Shown piece after piece: positions 34,120 to 64,000 of a stretch of 64,000 bases of DNA. The notes beneath the pieces are model-generated. The model saw only the letters and a program-made list of their open reading frames with translations, did not search any database and had not been told where the DNA came from. Location of the stretch: positions 3,288,001-3,352,000 of the forward strand of contig NC_058369.1 in the NCBI RefSeq assembly GCF_018350175.1, read 5' to 3'. The DNA comes from Felis catus. Lineage: Eukaryota. The position numbers and the translations under genes are program-made. Numbering within the stretch: position 1 is the stretch's first letter; the number at the start of each line of letters is the position of its first letter.

Positions 34120-34350
34120 GATGGAGGAAGGAGGCCTGACCCCAGGAACGCAGGAAGCTTCCAGAAGCTGGGAAAGGCAAGGAGATGGATTCCCCCCCCC
34201 CCCAGAACCTCCAAAAGTAGTACAATTCAGCCAACAGAAGGATTGTATCTCGGCGGGACTCATCTTGGACTTTTCCCTCCAAAATAGTAGCAATAAATTT
34301 GCGTTGTTTTAAGTCAGTAAGTTTGCGGTAATTTCTTACGTAAATAGGTA
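34120..34350. mobile_element. MLT1-type LTR fragment
   Basis: gaagctgggaaaggcaaggagatggattc...caataaatttgcgttgttttaagtc. Confidence 0.65.
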
Positions 34351-34719
34351 GCAAAAGCAACCCCGAGGCCATATAACCCAAAGAAATAAGTCCTGCTGTT
34401 TCTCCCCAATTTATAGAGGAGTTTACAAAGTTCCAAACACACTTGTCCATAGCACCACAGCATTCAGAGGGAGGATTCGAACCCAGGACCAGCAGATCTA
34501 ATGACACTTCACTGAGGTGCTTCTCCAATTGTAATGCACACTCCGGGTCCATGGAGAGCATCTTCAGATGTACATTCTGATGCATAGATCTTGAGGGGGC
34601 TGTGACTCTGCACCCCCATACCCCCACCTCCCACCCCCACGTGAGAGTGCAGGAAGCTGGTCTAGGAGGACTGAAACTTGCCTGGCACTGAGCAAGCCTG
34701 TAATAGATGAATAAGTTAT

Positions 34720-36068
34720 GAGGTGCCTGGGTGGTTCAGTTGGCTGGACGTCCAATTTGATTTCAGCTCAGGGCATGATCGCACGGTCTGTGAGTTCGAG
34801 GCCCGCGTGGGGCTTTGTGCTGACAGCTCGGAGCCTGCTGGGGATTCTCTCTTCCTGTCTCTCTGCCCCTCTGCCTCCTCTCAAAATAAATAAGTAAACA
34901 TTTAGGGTGCCTGCGTGGCTCAGTCAGTTAAGCGGCTGACTGGCTTCGGTCATGATCTCACGGTTCGTGAGTTCAAGCCCCGCATCCGGCTCTGTGCTGA
35001 CAGCCCGGAGCCTGGAGCCTGCTTCTGATTCTGTGTCTCCCTCTCTCTGCACCTCCCCTGCTCATGCTCTGTCTCTCAAAAGATAAATAAATGTTAAAAA
35101 AATTTTTTAATTAAATAAACAAACTTAAAAATAAATAAGTAAACATTTAAAAAAAAATCCTGTAAGAGATGAATATGTTACTATTACAGCTCAGGCAGGG
35201 AAGTGTTCTTAGGTAAGTGGAATCCAACACTCTGTGGTGGGGGGGGGGGGCGTGCAAACCCCAGTGTTACCCTTCTGCCTCAGTTTCCCCATCTGGAAAG
35301 CAGGGATGACAAATAACTGATCTAGAAATGAAATGTTAATAACATACTACATAAGGTGACCTGGGGGCACCTGGCTGGCTCAGTTGGTGGATCATGTGAC
35401 TCTCTAACTTAAGGTCATGAGTTTGAGCCCCACATTGGGGGTAGAGGTTACTTGAAAAAAAATAATAATAATGTGGCCTGGAACATACTGGCTGCTCTAT
35501 AAACGTTACCGATTTTTAAAAAACAGATTTTATCATTTTTTTTTAAATTTTTTTTTTCAACGTTTATTTATTTTTGGGACAGAGAGAGACAGAGCATAAA
35601 CGGGGGAGGGGCAGAGAGAGAGGGAGACACAGAATCGGAAACAGGCTCCAGGCTCCGAGCCATCAGCCCAGAGCCCGACGCGGGGCTCGAACTCACGGAC
35701 CGCGAGATCGTGACCTGGCTGAAGTCGGACGCTTAACCGACTGCGCCACCCAGGCGCCCCTGTCATTTTTTAAATATTTATTTATTTTTGAGAGAAAGTG
35801 CACAAGCAGGGGAGGGGCAGAGAGAGAGAGAGGGGGGACAGAGGATCTGAAGCAGGCTCTGGGCTGACAGCAGAGAGCCCAACGCGGGGCTCGAACTCAC
35901 AAACCGTGAGATCATGACCTGAGTCGAAGTCGATGCTCAACCGACTGAGCCACCCAGGCGCCCCAAGATTTTATTGTTAAGTAATCTCTACACCCAACGT
36001 GGAGCTTGAATCCGTGACCCCGAGATCAAGCATCCCACGCTCCACCGACTGAGCCAGCCCGGCGCCCC
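34720..36068. mobile_element. Dense Can-SINE cluster (about 34720, 34904, 35364 plus; 35536-35760, 35766-35964, 35970-36068 minus)
   Basis: Repeated SINE heads and tails. Confidence 0.85.
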
Positions 36069-36563
36069 TAAATGTGACTTATTATTGTACTTGGCTAAGT
36101 GTGCGGTAAATATTTCCTAATGACAGTCCCCTGGTAAACTGGAGGCCAAGTCTGTAGCACACAGTAGGTGCTCAGGCCACCTGCTGATTAGAGGGGCCGT
36201 TTTCCTCTCCTGCCTCTGCCCGCCACGTTGGGGGGCCCTCCCCCACCTTCTGGGAGAACCCCGGCCCCAGCTCTCATCAGAGCCTGATCATTCCCCAGCC
36301 GCTCGGTGTAGCTCAATGAATTCTGGGCAGGAAGTCTGGTTTTCTGCGCTGGTTCAAGGTCTGGGGGAAAGGCGGGCACCGGATCAGGAGGGCTTTGGAG
36401 GCAGGGCCCCACAGAAGTGGCATCTGAGTCCTTGGACTTGAGGTATGACGTCAGGCAAATCGTGCTCCTCTCTGGGCTTCAGTCTCTCCAGCGGTACCTA
36501 ATTCAGGCCCCTCTGCAACGTCTTCCTCATTCCTTGTTTGACTTCCGCATTTGTCCCTTTTGT

Positions 36564-37681
36564 GACTTAGCAGTTACAAAATACAGGACACCCCATCGTA
36601 TCTGGATTTCTGATAAAAACACGTTAACGTTATCTATGTAATGTTAAACGACAAGTTTAACCATTTAAAATTTTTTTTTCAACGTTTATTTATTTTTGGG
36701 GGGACAGAGAGAGACAGAGCATGAACAGGGGAGGGGCAGAGAGAGAGGGAGACACAGAATCAGAAACAGGCTCCAGGCTCTGAGCCATCAGCCCAGAGCC
36801 TGACGCGGGGCTCGAACTCACGGACCGCGAGATCGTGACCTGGCTGAAGTCGGACGCTTAACCGACTGCGCCACCCAGGCGCCCCCTTTTTTTTTTATTT
36901 TTTTTTTAAGTTTAACCATTTTATTTTATTTTATTTTATTTAACGTTTATTTATTTTTGAGACAGAGAGAGACACAGCATGAACGGGGGAGGGTCAGAGA
37001 GAGAGGGAGACACAGAATCTGAAACAGGCTCCAGGCTCTGAGCGGTCAGCACAGAGCCCGACGCGGGGCTCGAACTCACGGACCGTGAGATCATGACCTG
37101 AGCCGAAGTCGGCCGCTCAACCGACTGAGCCACCCAGGCGCCCCAAGTTTAACCATTTTAAAGAACTAGGAGTCAGATACTTTTATTTGATAATATTTAC
37201 CATTATTTTTCTTACTGTGGTAAAAATATATATATATATAACATAAAATTTATAATTTTCCCCATTTTAAGTGCACAGCTCAGTGAGATCAAGCACATTC
37301 ACGCTGTTGTGCAACCACCCTCACCATCCGTCTTCCAGACTTTCTCGTGTCCCCAAACTGAGACTCTGTCCCCGTGAAACAGTGACTGCCCCAGCCCCTG
37401 CCCCAGCCCTGGCTCCCACCATCTACTCTGTAGTAGAATGGGACTCCTCTGGGGACCTCCTATGAGTGGGATCCTACAGAATTTGTCATCTGTGTCTGGC
37501 TTGTTTCATTGAGCATGATGTGTTCAAGGTTCATCCACATTGTAGGATGCGTAACAAAATCATTTTCTAGTTTAGAGATATCACAAATATCGCATGAGAC
37601 AAAGAGAACATACTTATGGTGAAAAAGCATTTGCCGTGTATCGACGATTGAGATTTAACTGGGCATTCTGAATTTTATCTT
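36564..37681. mobile_element. MER53-like palindromic MITE split by two antisense Can-SINEs (36670-36886, 36940-37144) and an L1 3' fragment (about 37210-37550)
   Basis: Left arm aaaatacaggacacccc...gatttctgataaaaac; right arm gatttaactgggcattctgaattttatct; family call from recalled consensus. Confidence 0.65.
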
Positions 37682-37689
37682 TAAGGATA

Positions 37690-38235
37690 CAATTCAACGA
37701 ATTTCACTGTATATTTGCAAAGTAGTAAGACCCATCACCACAATCCAAGTTTAGAACCTATCCATCACCCCAAAAAGAAACCTCATGGCCCTTTTTGTGG
37801 AATTATAACTTTCACTCTGGATTTCTACCACTTGCTCAAGGCAACTGCTTTGTGTCTTGGAAGAATTGCCTTTTTTTCCATCAAAATGGCATTTTGGACA
37901 TTCCATCAAATGGCATATGACGTTGGAATCAGAGAATATGTGACTTTTTGTCTGGCTCATTTCACTGAGTATAGTGTTTTTGAGGCTCATTCAGGTTGTA
38001 GTGGGTCAATGATTCTTTCATTACTGAATAGTGTTTTGTTGTAAGGATAGAGCACGTCTGGTTTATCCATTCACCTGTTGATAGAGACTTGGGTGTTTGC
38101 GCTTTTTGGCCGTTGAGAATCATGTTGTGGCGTCTACTGGCGTGCAAGTTTTTATGTGGAGTGTATCTTCATTTCTCTTGGGTAGACACTTCGAGATGGA
38201 ACTGGCAGGTCATGTGGTTAAGTCTGTTGAACTCT
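37690..38235 (-). mobile_element. Old L1 3' fragment
   Basis: aatatgtgactttttgtctggctcatttcactgag...tttatccattcacctgttgat. Confidence 0.7.
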
Positions 38236-38354
38236 AAAAGAAAAGTATTTTTGAGATCTATTTCACACGTATAAGGAAGTATCTTGAGACTAAAGAATGA
38301 TGTTTGTACCCTGCGATCAAATCTGTCCAATGTTTTCCCAAGAAGCTAACGTAG

Positions 38355-38765
38355 GGGTGCCTGGGTGGCTCAGTCGGTTGGGAGTCTGGCTCTTGGTTTC
38401 TGCTCAGGTCATGATTAGCTGGGAGTCCGCATCCAGCTCTGTGCTGACAGTGTGGAGCCTGCGTGGGATTCTCTCTCCTTCTCTCTCTCTCTCTCTCCCT
38501 CTGCCCCTTCCCTGCTCACACTGTCTCTCTCAAAATAAATAAATAAAAACTTGGGGTGCCTGGGTGGCTCAGGTGGTTAAGCATCCGACTTCAGCTCAGG
38601 TCATGATCTCACGGTTCGTGAGTTCAAGCCCCGCGTCCGGCTCTGTGCTGACAGCTAGGAGCCTGGATGGAGCCTGCTTCTGATTATGTCTCCATCTCTC
38701 TCTGCCCCTTTCCCCACTCGTGCTCTCTCTCAAATATAAATAAAACGTTAAAAAAATAAAAACTT
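38355..38765 (+). mobile_element. Two tandem Can-SINEs
   Basis: Heads at 38355 and 38553. Confidence 0.88.
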
Positions 38766-40030
38766 AAGAACCTGAAGCTAAAGTAAAAGCTAAACTTCTC
38801 ACAAATGTCCACAAGGCACTACGATAGGTCCTCAGTAGACCCCTAGAGCCTTACGTGCCTGTCCCATTCATTCACTCCATCATCTTTAGCTTAGGCGTTT
38901 GCACTTGCTATCAGCTCTGCCTTAAGCGCCCTCTCAGTATCCACTTCGCCGTATTGACCAATTTCTATTCATCCTGCCAGTCTCCAGTTAGACCACATCC
39001 TGCAAAAAACCCTCCCTGTTCCCTCCCCCACTACTCAGCATTTTCTTAAGCTCTCTGGCTCTTTTGAGTTCCTACAAAGGGTCTTAATTACAAAGAAATT
39101 AAGTGGCTAACAACTTCTAGTACTCCCAGTATTTCTGATTGCCAGGCACACTTCACAGCGCTTTAGGGGTGATGAAATCACCCTAATTTTCACTTTTACG
39201 CCCCTCTAAGATAGGCACCCTTATGAGTCCCATTTTATAGGTCGGTAGACTAAGGCACAGAGTTTAAGAAATTTGGCCACGCAGTGCGCAACAGCTTTCT
39301 AAAATGAATATGCATAACGGGTATCTTGCGGCTCGGCTCAAGACATTCCCGGGAGGGAAGAAGTTCCTGCTCTGTGCGCTCTGTGGCTGTTACTCCAAAG
39401 AACACCTCAAGTCCCGCCCCTCCCAAGCCCCGCCCCTCGGGCAGGCAACGGCGCGTCCCTATTTTGAGTTGAACCTCTCGTATCACCATATCCAATGGCG
39501 AACAGCTGCTTTAGCCCCGCCCCCTGTGGTAGCCAATGACTGCTCCTTACCTTGAGGCCCTTTCGAGTGATAGCCAATGGCCTGCGGCCCTCCGTTCAGC
39601 CCCGGCTCGTGGAGCGGGCGGCTTTCAGGGCCCCGCCCCTTGCACTGATTAGGCCTCCTTTCGGTGGTAGCCAATGGCCTGCCTCCTACTTTTAAAGCCC
39701 TCCTTCCGTGGCGGCCTATGGCCCGCCCCTCTGCCCTAAGCCCCGCCCTGAAGAAGCTTGGCTGGCCGCCTCACCACTCCCTGAAAGCCCCCGTTTCCCT
39801 CCTCCCACCTTTCCCCTTTCACCTCCCATAACCTCCGCCCCGCTCCCATTAGGCCTCTGGGTCACGCCTCTTGGCTCTGCCCGTTACCCAATCCCGTTAA
39901 CTTGCTCTGCTCCAACCCCTCTTCTCATTGGTCCTCATGCTCCTCTATCCCCGCACGTGGTTCTGAGCGACGGCGTCTCCCGCCCGTGACGACCGGAGGG
40001 CGGGACTTCCGGAAGCCCGCAGTCCAATAA

Positions 40031-61105
<21,075 letters not shown>

Positions 61106-61279
61106 GCCCCGGCGGCCAGGCCCACCCGTCGCACGTAGATGCCCCAGGCCTGCCCCGGCCCCCGCCCACCGCCCAAGGAGCAGAGACCTGTTGGGGAAGC
61201 GCTGTGCTGTCCCTTTGTATCTGTCCCCTGGGTTGTTTTTCTGCCTAACTTCTGTGATTTCCAACCAACATGAAATGAC

Positions 61280-61301
61280 TATAAAGGGTTTTTTTAATGA
61301 A
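61280..61301 (+). terminator. HDGFL2: HDGFL2 candidate variant poly(A) signals (TATAAA 61280-61285, AATGAA 61296-61301)
   Basis: Only PAS-like hexamers in the AT-rich patch after the stop; GT-rich sequence follows. Confidence 0.55.
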
Positions 61302-61308
61302 AGTCACT

Positions 61309-61314
61309 TTTATT
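61309..61314 (-). terminator. PLIN4: PLIN4 poly(A) signal AATAAA (minus strand)
   Basis: tttatt on the plus strand, about 1.9 kb downstream of the PLIN4 stop. Confidence 0.7.
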
Positions 61315-63198
61315 GACTTGGTTGTCTAGTGTTGCTGGGGCAGCTGTCCAGGATCCGTCCAGGGACGAAGGATTTAAGCCGTAGCATTCACAGCGAACGT
61401 GAACTTGGTTGCGAAGGTGCCCCTGCCTGGCCTGGCCCTGCAGGGCTGACGGTGAGGGAGAGTGGGGGTGGGGGGGTGGGCCTTTATAGAAGTAATGGGG
61501 GTTCGAGTGGAGGCTGTGGTCTGACCCTCCTGCGTGCGGCTGCCCAGCACCCAGGCGGGAGCAGGGACCCAGCGGGTGGGCCTGGGCCCGGAGGGTGGAG
61601 ACCGTGCTTCTCTGTTCCCAGCCAGGCTGCAGGTGGCTCTGGGACCCCCGAGGCAAGATTCAGGGTCCCCAGAAGCAGTAGCTCGGGGCATTCGAGCCAT
61701 TCAGGCTTGGGGGCCGCTGTGGGCTGGCCAGTGTCCTTGATGTTCCAAGGGTGTGAGCACTGGGGGCAGGACTTGCTCTGTGACCTTGGATGAGTGGCAC
61801 TCCCACCCCGGGCTTCTCATTCCTCACCTGTGTAAGGATCCCAGGCTCACGGGGCCATCACGCGGATTCAGACAGACACCCGCACTGGGCAGTTGCTGGC
61901 TAAACAGTGGCGCCCACTGTATGTGACTTACCCTGCCCTGGCCAGGAGCCTCCGTTCCCACCGAGGCCGTGGTCAGGCTGGGACTTCCTGAGCCTGGCGC
62001 CCCTCATTTGGTTTGGCTGGACTGGAGCTCCAGCTACTGTGCTCGGCTTGTGTGAATGACTGTGTCCAGCATCTCTTCCTGCGATGACAGTGCGTGAGGG
62101 ACACCAAGGAAGGACGGGCCCGAGGGGCTTCCTGACCCGTTCCCCGTGTCTCACATGGCTAGCGCCCAGGAGCCTGGCGACCCTTTGGGGGAAGGCTGGT
62201 GTCGCATCCTGGGCTCAGAGCACCGCATCGTGTGTGAGAAGGGTCTATGGTCCTGGGGCCTGACTGGGGGGTCGAGGGTGGGATGCGGGTTCTGGGAAGC
62301 GGGGTCTTCCTTGGCAAGGGTCCCCCCGGCCGGAGGACAGGTGAGGCCCAGGGAGGGCGCGCCTGGCGTCCTGTATCCCTATGTGCCACCCCGGTGTGGC
62401 TGCCCTGGGCATTTGGGGAACTGTGGCCCGGAAGGACGGGGTGCTGTGTCACAGCTGTTCTCCAGCCTCGACCAAGTGTGGGGCCTACCTGAACGTGCTG
62501 AGCACCTGCGGTCACATACCCGCCCCCACCGTCCCAGGGCCCCGTCCCATGCGGGGAAGCTCTGCTGGTCCTTCCTCAGAGGCCTCAGCCCAGGTGCTTG
62601 GAGGGCCACAGAGCATCAGCTCCGGGTAGGCCCAGGTGGAAAGCGGCTGGTTTTATATCCGCCCCCGTCCAGTCCTCCAGCCGGCCCGGGGCATAGCCAT
62701 GGCTGCTGGCTGCCACAGCTTGACCCTCACAAAGCCCCCTGGCCACACTGAGCGTTGGCAGAGGTGGTAGGAGCCTGCCTCGGGGTGACAGTGGCCTTCT
62801 GGTACATTCGGCTGCAACGGAACATGGTTTGCTGAGGGCGTATGCTTCTAGAGCGAGGATAGAGCCGGGAGCCCAGGAGGGAGGAGCAAGAGAACTGGAC
62901 GGAACCTTCTAGACTTAGGCACGTGTCCGTCTCTCTTTCTTAATGGGAGTGCTTGCTTGAGATCCTCAGGCAAACACCCTCCGTCAGCGGTCTCAGCAAC
63001 CCTGGGCCCCCAGACCCGGAGGAGAAGGGGTGGACGGTGCGGGCAGGCCTGGAGCCGGGTGCGTGGTGCTGCTGAGCTCACGGTCCTTGGGGGCCCCGCT
63101 GGGGCGAGGCAGCACAGGGTCCAGACCTTCGGGGAGGGGGAGCCGGTTTGGGGCCGGGGAGGAGGCCCCGCAGAGGGCCCCCGTGGGCCGGGAGCGGC

Positions 63199-63531
63199 CT
63201 ACACCTGCTGCCCGCCGGGCGGCAGGGCGAAGGGCCCCACCAGCCAGCAGAGCGGCGGGCCGTGCTGCACGCTGTCCAGCACCTGCTCCAGCTCTTGCCA
63301 GGCCCGGCCCACGCCCTCGTGGCTCCGGGCCAGGCGCTCTGCCGGCAGCCGCTGGACCGAGCTGGCCGAGGAGACCAGGCCGTAGAGCTCACACAGGCTG
63401 TGCCGCGCCCGCCCGACACGCTGCTGGAGCTCCTCGGGGAGGCCCTGGAGGCCGGAGGCCAGGGAGCTGTAGGCCACGTGGAGCTGCTGGATGAGGCTGC
63501 AGGCCCTGGACAGGGCCCCGGAGTCCGGCAC
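63199..63531 (-). CDS. PLIN4: Perilipin-4, last coding exon (C-terminal four-helix-bundle region); the rest of the gene is beyond the window
   Basis: cgcag|GTG...TAG; QLHVAYSSLASGLQGLPEELQQRVGRARHSLCELYG...PPLCWLVGPFALPPGGQ is a perilipin C-terminus, and synteny next to HDGFL2 favours PLIN4. Confidence 0.92.
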   Translation of the reverse strand: MPDSGALSRACSLIQQLHVAYSSLASGLQGLPEELQQRVGRARHSLCELYGLVSSASSVQRLPAERLARSHEGVGRAWQELEQVLDSVQHGPPLCWLVGPFALPPGGQQV

Positions 63532-64000
63532 CTGCGGGAGTGGGGAGCGAGGTAAGCAGGGGCGGAGGGAGAAGAGCGGGAGCCTCAGCGTTTGCTTACG
63601 CACCTCTTGGGTAGCGCCTTCCTCCGCTCTGCTGCTCGGACCCTGGTCTGGAGGTGACTGGCCCTCTGGAGCCCGCTCGGCCTTCTGAATCTAGAAAGAA
63701 AGAGACGCCAGCGGAGAAATTACAGCTGGTCCCCTGGGGACGTTTGGGTCTGGCCCTGGAGCCTCACGTCTAGACCTTTCCCGGGCATGGTGGAAAAGCC
63801 ACAAAAAAATAAAATCCTTTAATAAGAAACGAATGAAAAGATCTCTGAGGTGCCTTACAGAGTCCCCCTCTCTCGTGTCCCACATCCCTGCTTCGGAGGC
63901 GCATTCTGAACCGGGTGCCTCTTGCCATGGAAGCCACCCCAGAGGCCCCACTGTCCATCACGTGCCGGGAGTTTTGCAGGAATCTCCCGGGTCCAGCCCG

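Overview
Mammalian GC/CpG-rich genomic DNA, almost certainly from a cat-family carnivore, judged by dozens of felid-type Can-SINEs. The gene order matches human 19p13.3. (1) CHAF1A (+): the last 12 coding exons, 3578-19324; the window starts inside an intron. (2) UBXN6/UBXD1 (-): complete CDS, 31953-22043, 10 coding exons, 442 aa. (3) HDGFL2/HDGFRP2 (+): complete CDS, 40211-61105, 16 coding exons, 671 aa. (4) PLIN4 (-): last coding exon 63531-63199 plus a 3'UTR that abuts or overlaps the HDGFL2 3' end. All exon boundaries were read by eye from GT/AG sites and the reading phases are consistent. I see no new multi-gene system, and most other ORF-track entries are GC-rich or SINE noise. The best leads are at the splicing and gene-structure level: a duplicated CHAF1A exon end plus donor that forms a candidate poison exon; an apparently precise intron loss in UBXN6; a recognisable orthologue of the human TDP-43-repressed HDGFL2 cryptic exon with its UG tract; a poly(A) signal fused to the UBXN6 stop codon; tail-to-tail HDGFL2/PLIN4 3' ends; and ancient L1 fragments strongly shifted toward GC. 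Comparisons with human genes and repeat consensuses come from memory and need an alignment check.
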